Origin: Trypanosoma brucei
Taxonomy: Eukaryota
Assembly (NCBI GenBank): GCA_000002445.1
Contig: CM000207.1
Location: 2,016,001-2,080,000 of the forward strand
Direction of reading: 5' to 3'
Length of the DNA: 64,000 bases
The notes beneath the pieces are model-generated. The model saw only the letters and a list, made by a program, of their open reading frames with translations, had not been told where the DNA came from and made no database searches. Below, in pieces: positions 41,516 to 53,958 of the stretch (positions are counted from its first letter, which is position 1; the number at the start of each line of letters is the position of its first letter). Made by a program: the position numbers and the translations under genes.

Positions 41516-44500
41516 CGTGAACTAATGTTTTAATAAACTGAAAACAATACGCCGCCAACCACCGTGTACCACTCCCAGTATGGAAAGAACTTGAAACAAG
41601 CCGTCAAGGCAGTGCGTGGCCGTGTGAGAGGGTGGATGTAACAACGTGTTGACGCAAGAATAAAAAAAAAAAAAAGAGCGCCACACCCGCATGACACGAA
41701 TGATCAGATGAAGAAAAATAGAGAAAAAGGTGAAGAAAAACAAACATACAGTATAACTCATATATAGAGATGATTACATATATAGATACATATATAGACA
41801 TAGGTAGATACAGTTTTAAATGGTGATTTGTATAGCAATATTTGTATATTGTTGCGTACAAAGCACAACATATGACAGTCGTGGGTGCACACACGTCAGT
41901 ACTTTATTCAATCAGTTTTTAGTCACTATCACTGTTGAACATCACGCAATCAAGCAAGTACGCATAAGCACACATATATATATATATATGCATTATTAGT
42001 GGGGGAATATAAATATATGTATTTATGTTTCCTTTCCTTTCCTTCCTTTCTTTTTTTCTTTGTTTGTTTTTTCCTCTTTCCTTTTCTTCTGTTTCTTTCT
42101 CAATATATATATATATATGTGTGTGTGTGTAATCAAATGCGTGTAAAAGTTATTTCAAACACACACATACCGGTACATGTGTCCGTATCATATCTCATTT
42201 AGTTCGCACCTCCCACCCTCGCTCATAGCGACAGAAAGAAAGTGAAAAAAAAAATGAGAATGTATGAATAAAAAAGGGAAAGGGAAAGAGAAAGCAACAA
42301 CAGAAACATAAAAAAGGGGGAAAAAAGAAGTACATATAAAAACATACGCGCAGGTTTTACGCCATCGGTGAGGTGGAAATTAAATTTTTGCAGGTTCCTT
42401 CCTGTCCCTTCTGAGGTAACTGCATGAGAGTGTATTTGTCTTCTTTCTTTGAATATCAGAAGGAGATTGTAATAATAATTATAAAAACATCAGTCAATAA
42501 CAATAATGGTAATAGTAGTAATTCGAAAGTATTTTAACATACGAAACAAAACACAAAAGTAAAAAAGTAAAAAAAAAAACAAAGACCGAATATTGCAAAC
42601 ATTGCGTAAAGTCATGCGCGCACGATCATTTTAAATACCTCTTCCCTTCTTCGTTTATGCTTTTCGTCAATCTCTTTTTTTTTTATTCCATTCTTTTTAT
42701 TTCCCACCTCCGCTTTCGTCCCCTTATTTGATTTTTTTTTTGCGTTTCTACTTTTTATAATTGCTCTACCTACGTCCCCGTTTACTTTTTTAGTTATATT
42801 TGTTGTTGCCTTTAGCGTAAATTTGTTGCTTCTGGTTGAAAAGGAAAGGGTAAAACTTAGCCCCACTTTTAAAAATATTTTTGTTCTTGTTCTCGTTGTT
42901 CTACTGCCTTCGTATTCATTCATGCATTCGTTTATTTATTTATTTAAATATTTAATAATATATCTTTCCTTTTCTTTTATATTTGCCCAAGATTAAAAAC
43001 ACGACACATCTACCCGCACTTCTACACATGCCTTCTCCTCAAATCCGTACAAATTAGGGAGAAATTGTGTGCGTAAATATATATATATATATATTACATA
43101 AATAGTAATAATAATACCGTGATTTAAGTAATGACAATACTGAGAATAATTTTTTTTTGTTTTTACGCGTACGAATCCGCTGTTGTGTGTAACATTTTAT
43201 TTATTTATTTATTATCTCTCGTATCTCCTCTCACCTCACGATTCCCCGATAAAAAGAAGTAACTAGCGTCTCCTTTTCTAAAAAAAAAAAAATTGTACTT
43301 GTGTGCCTTGCTGTCTTTCTTTCGTGTTTCGTTTTCAATTTTTTGTTGTTGTTGTTTTTTTCGCTTCGGTTGGGTTCCTCTCATTTATTATTTACTGATT
43401 TTTTTTTGTTTCCTTTTCGAAACTTGAACACTCCGTCTTTTTCTTTTCTTTTTTTTTCTTCCATTTCAATAGAAAAAGTTTCAAAAGGTCGAATATATAA
43501 TTAAACATTAAAACATTTATTTGAATATATCATTTCGACACGACACAAATTTATTTCCACTTTGTTACTAAACTCACCTTCATTGTAATCCACAACTTCC
43601 ACTTCTTTTTACACCTTTAACTCACTTATCATTCAATTTTTCGCTTTCTTTTTTCCCCTTCGCCCATTATTTATTTTTTTAAAATAATCACTGAGTTGAG
43701 ATCGACTGTTTGTCATTTCACTGCTGAGTTTTTGCTTCTTTTTTTTTCTTTTTTCTTTTTAAAGAATCTCGTTTTTGTTGATTTTTAGCCATTGCGTTTC
43801 CGTTCACATACATCCATATATATATATATATATATATATATTATTTATTTATTTATTTTCGTGGAAGAAGATGACGAAGAGTAAAATAGAGCAATTGAGG
43901 GGACGAGCGTCGAGGGACGGTAAAGCCAGACACGATGAATAAACAAACAAACAAACACAAAAACTAATATAACGAATAAAGCGAACCGAAAACAAACAAA
44001 AATTGAAGAAAACCAAAGAAAAGCAACGACAACAACTGGAATGATGATGCAACGAAGGCAAGTCACGATATACTTCAAACTGGGAAAAAGTAGAAAAACG
44101 TGTTAAACCAACAGGATGAAGGTAAAAGTGAACGGGTAGGAAAGAGAAAGATTTTTTTAAAAAAAAAAAGACAAGAACGAAGGAGATGAATAAACCATAA
44201 ACAAACCGCAAATAAAAGGGAGTGTTGCTGAAGAACGGCAAGAAAAAAAAAAGAGAGATAAAAAGCAAAAAGATTGAACGAGGTAAGGGTAAAATAGAGA
44301 AAATCAACAACGGTGGGTGTATACAGGCACACTGAAAAAAGGTTGAGGGAGGAAAGAAATCGCAAACGCAACAGTAAAAAATCGCGATAAAGTTAAACAA
44401 AGGAAAGAACAACAACAAAGGTCACAGAGAAAGCGACAGAGCATGGAAAAAAAAAACAACAACAAAAATAAAATAATAATAATAATAAAAAGCAAGACTG

Positions 44501-44525
44501 ATCGCACAGTGCCCTTCTACATTAC

Positions 44526-47500
44526 CTACGACAGCTCGAATGTATCCCCTGCGTACATGATGCTGAGTTGAAGTTTATTATACATTAGTTCTTCTGTTGG
44601 GTACGGTGGCATCTTCAAATAGCGGAAACACGTATTGACGGATGGAAGGGGCCAATCTATTCCCACAGCTTTAGTTCCGTTGCCCGTCCGTGAGATCCGC
44701 CGTGACCGATCACCGCCTTTTCGCCCGCCGTTAGAACCGTCTTTGCCATTGCCTTCCGTATGGGAGGCATCAGGTAATGTCGGCATATGGGTACTTTGCA
44801 CAACTGTAATGGCACCAAGTGCACTGATGCCGCCATGCGGAAGGCGCGGGCAGCCCGTACAGAAGAGAAGAAATGCTCGTTGCTCACGGGGGCCAAAGCG
44901 CTTCGCGAGAATATTCTGCAGCATTGTTATCTGTGGGGACTCGCTGTTATAACCATGATCGGGGACGATGATGGATTTGATCTCTGCAGCTGTCCAGAGG
45001 GGTTCGGAATCCCTGATGCGATTGCCACACAACAACGACATCGCCTCGCTGGCATCAAGTGCTGCTAGCGCCTCGCAAGGGACCACATCACGGAAACCAT
45101 ATGTAATGAAGCGGATGGGCATAACGACTGACTCATACAAGAGAGCGCTGGCAGCTCGTCTAATGTAAGCGGATACATTCGTCGAGTTTACGCATGTGCT
45201 CTGTCCCTTGTCTATCATCTCGAATCTATCGTCACCGGGCATTGTGAAGGGTAAATCAAGGGATGACAACTCTTTCGAACTCATTGAAAGCAATGAACGT
45301 AAGCTGGAAGCCACTTGCTTATCCATCATCTCCACTTCTTCGATGCCAAGTGACATGAAGTCGATGGGTCGCTCCGGCTCCCACGGCTGCTCCTCCTTTT
45401 CCGTGCAGCGAAGCACTATACGTGATGGTGGAATTCCACGGCAAAGAAACAGCGCCAATGCAGGACTGATATCCAAAGGAAAGACAACTGCATCGGTGAA
45501 TGCCCGACCCAGTACGGTGCCAACGAGATAATACAACTGGGCGCGCTCTTCATCCACCTCGAAAAAATCATTCATACAGAGAAACCTTTCCGTCAACGCT
45601 TTAGTGTCACGACAGGAAGACAGCGATAGATCTGTTGAAAAACGTTGGAGTACTTTGGGGACGGAGCTACACGGAAAAAGTCCCTCAGGGCGGGACTCCA
45701 CCCTCTGCTCATCGTCAAATGTCCCGCTGTTACTCTTCGACCTTAATTGGCGGTTTCCACAACTGTCACCACTTTCATGCGTTGTTGACGAGCGTGAAGA
45801 GTTATTCCATAGCCGCAGCCGACACTTGGTGAGCTCCCTTGCAATGAGGGTGTAGAAGTGTGCCGTCGGTCCCTGGCCTATCCCGACCTCACCCTTGAAC
45901 TGAATCGATATAGGCGCACGGCATTCCGCCCCTTTTCTGAGAACCATGTAGGCTCCATGAAGCAAATCATTGCGACTGACAACATACTTGTGGTTTTCAT
46001 ACTTGGACCACTCTGACGGATACACCTTGTACATACGATACCTCCGACTCCCCATTGAGCTTCTTATATTCGCATGAAGCGCGCGGCGAGCACCATACGC
46101 AAGAAAACGTACGACATCCTCCCGAACGGATGGGGGAACAAGAAACTTTGCCTCCGTCAAAATGAAGTCAACCCAGCGTGGAACAGCGATACGTGGTGGC
46201 AGAAGCGCTATACGAAGCGCCGATGCCGCTACGGATTTAACAAGCTGAGTTGTCAGAATGGCGCTTACAAAAACGTCGGGGTTGATAGGGATCGTATTCG
46301 CCACCATTAATGGTTGAAGTATTTTGTGAAGAAGGATGAGAAGAAGAACATCCGGACTCTGCGAAAGATGTGACGGCTTACGCACCAATTTCGACGGGTA
46401 GGCAGTGTTCAGCTCTTCCCTCGACCGCAGGCCACAACAGCAGTGTGTGTGAGCGTCGCTTTCAAAATGATGAAATCGGTTCAGCTGCCAGCTCGTTATA
46501 TGCTCCTTGTCCTCAGTTGCTGACGGCGGTACTTCTCCATTCACAATGTCCCCACGCAACAGAAGGAGTGTTTTGGATAAGCCCTTTTCTCCACCACCCA
46601 AGTTCAAAGGTTCTCCGTGACTCTCTGGGGTCACAAGACAGCTCTCCAGCTGACCCACAACATCCACTAGACCCAAATTCAACGCCCGCTGCATTATGTT
46701 TCCCATGAGAGTTTCCTGATAAGCACAACGTCCCGTGGGTGACGTATACAAAACATACCGATCTTCCATGGCATCGTGCAACATACGCTCCAACCTGCTT
46801 GGTTCCTCCAGGTCCACAGGCGTTTTTTTGTTGTGGGCATCAAGTTCGTCTAGAGATTCGATCGTCTCCCGCTGCGCGATGAAGCCGTCAATCAGTCGCT
46901 GCAACTCCTGCCGGAGCTCAACATAACTCATCGTTTCCTTTTTTCGCGACAAAACCAGTTGCACTCGTTCCAGAAACACCTCAGCAGCGAGAGTCGATTG
47001 CGGACAAGGAGCAACTTCGGTACCCTTGGTGGAGTTAGAGTCTGTGCGGAATGTCCGCTCAATATCCCCAATGCTAGAAAACAAATGTGCACTAGTAGCA
47101 ACGTTCACACGTGACTTTGGCTGTACTACTGTGTCAGGGGCCCCCGCTGCAACACCATTAAAAGATGAGGAGCGACGACCCGTAGCACCGCCATCACGCG
47201 AAGTGATAAAATGGCTATGGCAACTAACACAGAGAAAATAGTTACACACATTACAACCGAACCCCGTCTCCAGTTGCTCTTCACATGACTCGCAGGAACG
47301 TTTCGGTGCGATCATCTCCAGTGAAAGCAACAAATGGCCATTTGGACAAGACTCACGTACCGTTAGTTTCGAACCGCGCTGCGACACTGCACGTTGGGAG
47401 GGCGTGGAACTAGGAATATCCCCGGATTTGAGGCTGCTGCAGGGTTGATTCCTTCCCCGATCGTGGCTAACACCACGGCGGCAAGGATTTCCCGAACTGG

Positions 47501-50264
47501 ATGGGTAAACTGTCTTGCGACACAGAGATACATCCTGCGATAGCTGCGAAACTGCACTCATGGCTTTGGTCAGCGGCACACAAGTCACACGCTGCGATGT
47601 CATCAGCGATTCAACAAAGGGCAAGTTGCTGATAAGACAAAGGGCAGAAACTAAATTTTCGATTAACGCCTCCACACCACGTGGATACTCGGCCATTAAT
47701 TGTAAGAAACATTTGAGACGATCTTTCTGGCAGAGCCGTTTAAGTTGATCAGCGATACGCACACCCCCAAAAGTTGCTGGGTCGGTTCCTGTGTCAACCG
47801 TAAGGCCCGGGACAACTCCCTCACTTATCAACGCACCGGAAGATTCAGCAGCGCAAGTCGCCCCTATCTCCTCATTTGTATCATACTCGTCTCCTCCAGT
47901 GTTCGACATTAATAGATAGCCCAACACCGCATCCGCAATACCCATTTTAGATATCTCAAATGCTGTTATATTTCCCGACGTTTTCTCCATAACCCTCAGT
48001 ACTTGTGCCACTACCTTCTGGTGCGTTCCAAATACCATAGTTTGCTTTCTCAGTTCTTGCACTGACTCCCAAAGGGCTGTAACACAACCTACATGAGACC
48101 GGGCCGAAGGGGGAACTGAGTTTTCACTCATCTCTTTCTCCACAGTTGACAGTATCGCACGAACCATCGCCATTAAGTGCATCGTTCGGTTCTCGGGTCC
48201 CTCCAGCTTGACTTTTGGTACCATCCGACGAATTTTACCATCTTGATCATCTGCCTGTCGATCATCCAGCCTTTTGCATTTCGAATTGGCCAAATTTTCC
48301 AACTGCTTCACTACGCCGCATCTATAAGCCGTCTCTGCCGCTTTCCACTCTGATGACCCTGGGTGGCGAAGAAGCCACACCATCATCGTGAGAGCCACGG
48401 ATTTCGTTGCCTTGTCAGCCGAAATGAGTGCGGTGCGAAGCATGTCACACAACGGACGCATTGTCTTGCGCAACAGTTCCGTAAGTTGCTGGGGTTTCTT
48501 GGCCAATATCGCTGCCTGAAGCAGAGCCGCGCAGGCACACACGCCCAGTTGCATAGCCATTGATCCCGACGCCCAGGTTGCATATTTGCATAGACTCTCA
48601 AGATACATCTCCGCGATCTTCATGGATGCGGCTGGAACTGGCGCGCTGTTGTTGAGAACATAGTAACGACACAACTCCGACTCACGCCTGTTTACTAGTT
48701 TGTCCATACCAGAAGAAATTGGCACTCCTATATTTTCTTCTGCAGAGTTTGCTATGTATTCAACAACACCCGTGACATCCTTCGCTGCTTTCACAGATCG
48801 TATATCTGCTTCATTCATCACATGAAAGACAAAGGGGACGAATTTGCGTGAAATATTGAGCTCAGCACCTCCAAATCCGCTGCAGATCTTCATTGTTGCA
48901 AGATTCGCAGTTAGTATCTTTGAGTGTATCCTAAGCGTCACCTCTTTTGTACGACGAGCCAAGCAAGTTTCCAGCGTCACACAAGCCTCCTCCGGTATGG
49001 GACTGTTATGCCGCATTTCATCTTCCCACATCCATTTGTGCACAGGAAGAACTACTTTGGGCTTTGGCCCAAAAGCCTCACTGGGAAGTGGGGGGGATGC
49101 CAAAATAAAGTGACGTATGGCAGCAATGGAAACAATATGATTTTTATCGCGCCGATGTGCGGCCCGTGATATGCCACCAACAGGAAAAGGGTCGGACAGA
49201 AGCATTGTAATGCTCGGGTCTGAGTCATCGAGTACAATTCCATAAAAAGCCCGCGCTTCCTTGGAAAGAAGCATATCACTCACATTAACCCAATCTGCCG
49301 TAAGGATAATGTCTATCATCGTTTCCGAGAAGAGAAGACGCTCAGAGCGCACGGAAGGGTCAAGTGCGACGTTACCATCATTTAACAAAAGAAGTCGGTA
49401 AAGACATCGGCAGAGCTCCGATGTTATCATTCTCTGCGCAGATGAAAGGCGGTTGAAGAGCACAGCCCGTCGTATGAGCATGCCGAGACACTGCAATGCC
49501 AACTCCAACAACGACCATGAGTCTGGCGATGATTCAAGACTTGACGCATACTGCTGAATCATACCTTGCAAGAACGGCACAAGAATGTGGTCCGTAGTTA
49601 CTACAGATGGCTTGACGCAAGGTTTATTTTCCTGTTGTTCATCTTTAAGGGACTTGCAGCAGGAGAATAAGGATACTACACTGCTGAAGAATTTCCTCTT
49701 CCTCGTTTCTGACGGTAGTACAACCTTGGAGCAAACGGCTAAAAGAACGTCGAGAGCCTGTCGCGTAAGTAGGGCGTTCTCATACTGTGCAGTCTTGGTG
49801 ACATCTCTTAAGCCAAGGTGTACTAAGGAAACGCTACTTTCATCCAGCGTGACGAACCGAATAAGCCGGAGGACCTCCTCCATCAGCATGACGCGATCCA
49901 AGTTGCTGAAGCGCATCTCCCGACTATGAACACGTGCAAGAACTTCCGTTGCTATACGTACAAGGCGCTTGTGGTATGGATGCACTCCACAATACGAAGT
50001 GGGGACATGTTCCATTATGAGTGAAAGTGCGCGAAAGATCATCGTCAAGGCATCGCCAGCCCTAAAAAAGCGCTCACTCTCCGCCATGTGTACTAAAGTC
50101 GGTACCACCCTCATTGAATCAAATCCACGTAAATAAACCTCTACACCCATTACGAGAGACATGCACATATCCTCCAGTGCACCAACCACTCTCTCAGGGT
50201 CTTTGCTCAGATGTTGAACCGCCTTAATTTGCTGCTTGGAGTCCACCACTAGCTGTCTTGACAT
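44526..50264 (-). CDS. HECT-domain E3 ubiquitin-protein ligase (giant, about 1912 aa)
   Basis: The C-terminal HECT lobe has the catalytic-Cys context VNTCFRYLKMPPYPTEELMYNKLQLSIMYAGDTFELS (canonical HTCFNxLxLPxY...). There is a long helical ARM/HEAT-like N-terminal region and an internal Cys-rich zinc-finger-like block (CESCEEQLETGFGCNVCNYFLCVSCH). Confidence 0.85.
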   Translation of the reverse strand: MSRQLVVDSKQQIKAVQHLSKDPERVVGALEDMCMSLVMGVEVYLRGFDSMRVVPTLVHMAESERFFRAGDALTMIFRALSLIMEHVPTSYCGVHPYHKRLVRIATEVLARVHSREMRFSNLDRVMLMEEVLRLIRFVTLDESSVSLVHLGLRDVTKTAQYENALLTRQALDVLLAVCSKVVLPSETRKRKFFSSVVSLFSCCKSLKDEQQENKPCVKPSVVTTDHILVPFLQGMIQQYASSLESSPDSWSLLELALQCLGMLIRRAVLFNRLSSAQRMITSELCRCLYRLLLLNDGNVALDPSVRSERLLFSETMIDIILTADWVNVSDMLLSKEARAFYGIVLDDSDPSITMLLSDPFPVGGISRAAHRRDKNHIVSIAAIRHFILASPPLPSEAFGPKPKVVLPVHKWMWEDEMRHNSPIPEEACVTLETCLARRTKEVTLRIHSKILTANLATMKICSGFGGAELNISRKFVPFVFHVMNEADIRSVKAAKDVTGVVEYIANSAEENIGVPISSGMDKLVNRRESELCRYYVLNNSAPVPAASMKIAEMYLESLCKYATWASGSMAMQLGVCACAALLQAAILAKKPQQLTELLRKTMRPLCDMLRTALISADKATKSVALTMMVWLLRHPGSSEWKAAETAYRCGVVKQLENLANSKCKRLDDRQADDQDGKIRRMVPKVKLEGPENRTMHLMAMVRAILSTVEKEMSENSVPPSARSHVGCVTALWESVQELRKQTMVFGTHQKVVAQVLRVMEKTSGNITAFEISKMGIADAVLGYLLMSNTGGDEYDTNEEIGATCAAESSGALISEGVVPGLTVDTGTDPATFGGVRIADQLKRLCQKDRLKCFLQLMAEYPRGVEALIENLVSALCLISNLPFVESLMTSQRVTCVPLTKAMSAVSQLSQDVSLCRKTVYPSSSGNPCRRGVSHDRGRNQPCSSLKSGDIPSSTPSQRAVSQRGSKLTVRESCPNGHLLLSLEMIAPKRSCESCEEQLETGFGCNVCNYFLCVSCHSHFITSRDGGATGRRSSSFNGVAAGAPDTVVQPKSRVNVATSAHLFSSIGDIERTFRTDSNSTKGTEVAPCPQSTLAAEVFLERVQLVLSRKKETMSYVELRQELQRLIDGFIAQRETIESLDELDAHNKKTPVDLEEPSRLERMLHDAMEDRYVLYTSPTGRCAYQETLMGNIMQRALNLGLVDVVGQLESCLVTPESHGEPLNLGGGEKGLSKTLLLLRGDIVNGEVPPSATEDKEHITSWQLNRFHHFESDAHTHCCCGLRSREELNTAYPSKLVRKPSHLSQSPDVLLLILLHKILQPLMVANTIPINPDVFVSAILTTQLVKSVAASALRIALLPPRIAVPRWVDFILTEAKFLVPPSVREDVVRFLAYGARRALHANIRSSMGSRRYRMYKVYPSEWSKYENHKYVVSRNDLLHGAYMVLRKGAECRAPISIQFKGEVGIGQGPTAHFYTLIARELTKCRLRLWNNSSRSSTTHESGDSCGNRQLRSKSNSGTFDDEQRVESRPEGLFPCSSVPKVLQRFSTDLSLSSCRDTKALTERFLCMNDFFEVDEERAQLYYLVGTVLGRAFTDAVVFPLDISPALALFLCRGIPPSRIVLRCTEKEEQPWEPERPIDFMSLGIEEVEMMDKQVASSLRSLLSMSSKELSSLDLPFTMPGDDRFEMIDKGQSTCVNSTNVSAYIRRAASALLYESVVMPIRFITYGFRDVVPCEALAALDASEAMSLLCGNRIRDSEPLWTAAEIKSIIVPDHGYNSESPQITMLQNILAKRFGPREQRAFLLFCTGCPRLPHGGISALGAITVVQSTHMPTLPDASHTEGNGKDGSNGGRKGGDRSRRISRTGNGTKAVGIDWPLPSVNTCFRYLKMPPYPTEELMYNKLQLSIMYAGDTFELS

Positions 50265-52517
50265 CGTTCCGCCAACTGATAATAAATTTTTTAAAAATCA
50301 CAATCACCACTGCTTTGATAATATTCACAACAGCAACAACAACAGTAGCAGGGTGAAAATATGCACCACGAACAAACGATCGAACACGCCCCAAAACTAT
50401 AATACGAGTTGTATCAAACAGAAGGGAAGTCGAATCTTGTAGGGAGAAGAAAAATAGAATCGAATGTATATATAAATCAATATATATATATCAATATATA
50501 TATATATAATGATAAAAGATAGATAGATACTTGAGGTAAGTATATTTATACCTATCTATATCTAAAATATATGAATATATATTTAGAGATATATATTCTC
50601 TTTGTTGTTACTACAGTAGTTTGTGAAAAAAGGGTACGTTAATACAAGTATAGATGTTTAAAATGTCAATTTAAGAAAGAAGAAAAAAAGGAAAGGAAGC
50701 GCGAGGTACGTTAGAATATGAAATAAGAAATTTGTGGATATTTAAGCAATGAGTGACACATTGTTACTTTAATTATTTCAAAAAAAAAAAAACAGCCTAT
50801 TATTAGTATTATTTTCAAAGGACCCAGAGGAAATGTCCACATATATATATTTATTTATTCATAATTCCCCCTTACCGACCTTAATAATAATAATAATCAT
50901 CTGCATCATGAACATGCGCATCACCTCCAATATATATATATATATATTTGAAAGTTTTATTAATAGTGTTTGACCACCAGCGACGTTTTTCCACCAAAAA
51001 GAGGTGACTGTAGGATTCTTTTTTTTTTCGTTCCATTTTATTGAAAACCTTACACCTTTGCCTTCAAGATGTGCTACTGCTACCATTTAAGTGTTGGACA
51101 AGCAAAAAAAAAAAAAAGAACTAATGACGATGGAGGAAAAAGATGAGAAAAAATAAAGAAAGAAAGAAACAGCAAAAAAAATAATAATTAGATATAGAGA
51201 ATGAATTTAGGAATGTTTTGATAGTAAAATGCACAGCTGAAGTAGTTAACAGAAAAATGTAGCCATGCATCAAACCACCCGGTTGATAAATGGATATCGC
51301 AAAAGTCCAATATTTTTCTTTTCCTTTTTCATTGTAGATATATATTTTTTCTTATATGAATAAATATAAATATATACTTTATGTTTATATTTCTTATATT
51401 TATATATTTCACTGCCGCTACAACCACACTTTTTAAGAGCAAAAAAAAAAAAATCTCACAGTCATTTCTTTATCTCCTCCCTCGCTTCCTCACTCACATG
51501 CTTCATCATTCCTCGTGTCATTATTGTTACCACCTTTTCTTCTTCGTTTCCTCCCTCTTATCACTTGTCGACATTTCAACCAATTAATGAAAGCACATGC
51601 GCACAAAGGGAAGTAAAAATTTTAAAAAAAAACAATAATTTTTTTTTTTAAAAAGGAGCAAAACACAAATAAGGGCTAACGAGAGAAGAAAATAAATGAA
51701 GATGACGGCAGTTCCCTTCGTTAATGTATGGAACATACCTCAACAATAGCAATAATGAACACATGAATGAATGAGCAAAAGGGGTTCGGTACCCCAGCGT
51801 GGAGAGCGACAAGTAACAATTTCGAATAGAGGTGAGGAAAGGAAAAAAAAAGGGAAAACGGGGAAGAATGAGACGGTAAAGCACAAATAATAAATGAAAA
51901 CAGCATCGGAAGCAACAACACCGAGTAGAAAACACTATAAAATAAAACACAAAATGATAAGCATGTCGTTGGTCTTACAATTGAAGTCAAACCATAAAAT
52001 GTGCATGTGTTCGTCAGTGAAAACCCCCGCACATGCGACCCGCACCCTTTTATATACCCACCATCCCTCACAGAAACCGACATGAATAAAGGCGGTACGA
52101 ATAGAAAGAGAAAGGAAGAGAGAAATATGAAAAGCAAGTAAGAGGGGGGGAAAAGGCAGTTAAGCGCAGCGAAACTCCTGAGGAATAACAAAAAGTAAAC
52201 CAAACGTGTCCAATTCGCTCATCTCTTCCTCTCACTCTCTTTATTCTTTTTTTTTCTTCTCACGGTTGTATGACATGAGTCTCTAGACATGATACAAAAG
52301 AGGGCAAACTGTGGGCAGTAAAGAAGAGAGGGGACGACACTCATCAGGTTGTCAAGCAAAGGACCGTTAGCAATTTCCTTCCCTTTTCCTTTTTTCCCTT
52401 TTCCCCTTTTGTGGGTGTACACCTACAATACCGGACAAAAACAAAAGAAAACAAAAACAGCACGTGCAAGAACACGAGCTCTACAATATATGAAATACCA
52501 TTACCAGCAATGGTTCC

Positions 52518-52552
52518 TCATCATATCATATCATATCATATCATATCATATC
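52518..52552. repeat. (ATCAT)7 pentanucleotide microsatellite
   Basis: tcatatcatatcatatcatatcatatcatatc. Confidence 0.9.
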
Positions 52553-52698
52553 TTCTTATCCCATACCATCTCATATTTTCCTTTCTTCTTTCACTTTGCC
52601 AACACACCTCAAAATCACAACATGCGCCAACGTCCCTCCCCCCCCCCTCCCCTCCTTTTCTTCCTCCCACCATTCTTCTTTTTTTTTTCCATTATTAC

Positions 52699-53958
52699 CT
52701 AATCGTCATCAATCAAATGGTCACTGATGGGTTGGCCCTGCGTCAATAGAGGCGAGAGCTTCTCCCATGACTGCTTCAGACGCCCCGCGTATTTGATCTG
52801 CAGGTCAGCAAACATCTTTAGAATTGTTTTGATGTCATATTGCTTGTCACGATGGAAGCGATGAATTTCTTCCTTGAAAATCGCCTCGCCATCCGTCAAC
52901 TCCTGTCGCGCCCTTTCCAATAACTGTTCTTGTTCACTGATTTCATTCTCCAGTTTTGCGCGGCGTGCTGCCTGCCCAACCTGATCCAACACTTTATCCC
53001 TCTGCGCCCTGAGACCTTCTAACTGGCGTGCGAGGGCCTCCACATGATGTGCGCTTTGCAGCAAATGTTTTAGTGTTGCACGGACGGAGCCACACATGCC
53101 GTGGTAGTAGCTGAGTGTTTCGACTACTTGTTTTGTTTCATCATTAGCATGCTCCACATATAGAGTAGAAAGTTGGTCATTGTGCTGGCCAACAGCCGAG
53201 AGCACACGAGTGAGTGATGATTGACCAACCATCCCGTCCACCTCCGCCACTTTTTCAAAAGCAACACCAAATTCATGCAGGGAGTTGCTGGTATTCCTAC
53301 GCCGGTCGACGAGGACTTGCACCTGCTCCCGCAATACCTTCATACTCTCGTCCAGTTGTTTAATATACCTTCGCGTTCCCTCCCATGCAGTCATATCAAC
53401 GGCACCGTTATTGACAGCTTGCGAATATGCCGCGCCAGCGTCTTCCAGCGTTTGTGCATCATTCCACGTGCGGGAAAGCACTTGACCAACGCTGTCGCCA
53501 ATCGAATTCCTCAACGACCTGCCAGCGCCAGCAACAGGGGCTTGCATGCGCCGTTCCCACTCCGTCTCATCCATCTCAAGAAATTCCTGCAAAAGTTGTG
53601 CGGTGCGAAGACGCGGGTGAGCACCAACGCGGGTGAGGAATTTCTTCAGGGCGCGCTGGCGGTAATCGCGTGTCCGAGTGGCACTCTGAGAAGCGGAACC
53701 GACGATTTTATTAAATGTCCCATGCACTTCCTTTTCAGGAATGGGTGGTATGATGCAGTACGGGTATGCTTCACACAGTTGCGTGCGGAACCATACAAAG
53801 TCATTATAACGCCTTACCACTTCCATTTCCTTGCGTGGGTACATGGGCAGTGTGGTGGAAGTGCGGATGCGATACATCCAATACGCCAAATCAAGGGCTC
53901 CTCCGCCTTTGCGCTCTTCCGGCTCCAGAACACGGAACTCAAAGACATTTTCAGACAT
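52699..53958 (-). CDS. Sorting nexin (PX-BAR, Vps5/SNX1-like)
   Basis: The PX domain has VVRRYNDFVWFRTQL and IIPPIPEK (the RRYSDF...PPLPxK signature), followed by a long helical BAR-like region. The start is placed at MSENVFEF. Confidence 0.8.
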   Translation of the reverse strand: MSENVFEFRVLEPEERKGGGALDLAYWMYRIRTSTTLPMYPRKEMEVVRRYNDFVWFRTQLCEAYPYCIIPPIPEKEVHGTFNKIVGSASQSATRTRDYRQRALKKFLTRVGAHPRLRTAQLLQEFLEMDETEWERRMQAPVAGAGRSLRNSIGDSVGQVLSRTWNDAQTLEDAGAAYSQAVNNGAVDMTAWEGTRRYIKQLDESMKVLREQVQVLVDRRRNTSNSLHEFGVAFEKVAEVDGMVGQSSLTRVLSAVGQHNDQLSTLYVEHANDETKQVVETLSYYHGMCGSVRATLKHLLQSAHHVEALARQLEGLRAQRDKVLDQVGQAARRAKLENEISEQEQLLERARQELTDGEAIFKEEIHRFHRDKQYDIKTILKMFADLQIKYAGRLKQSWEKLSPLLTQGQPISDHLIDDD

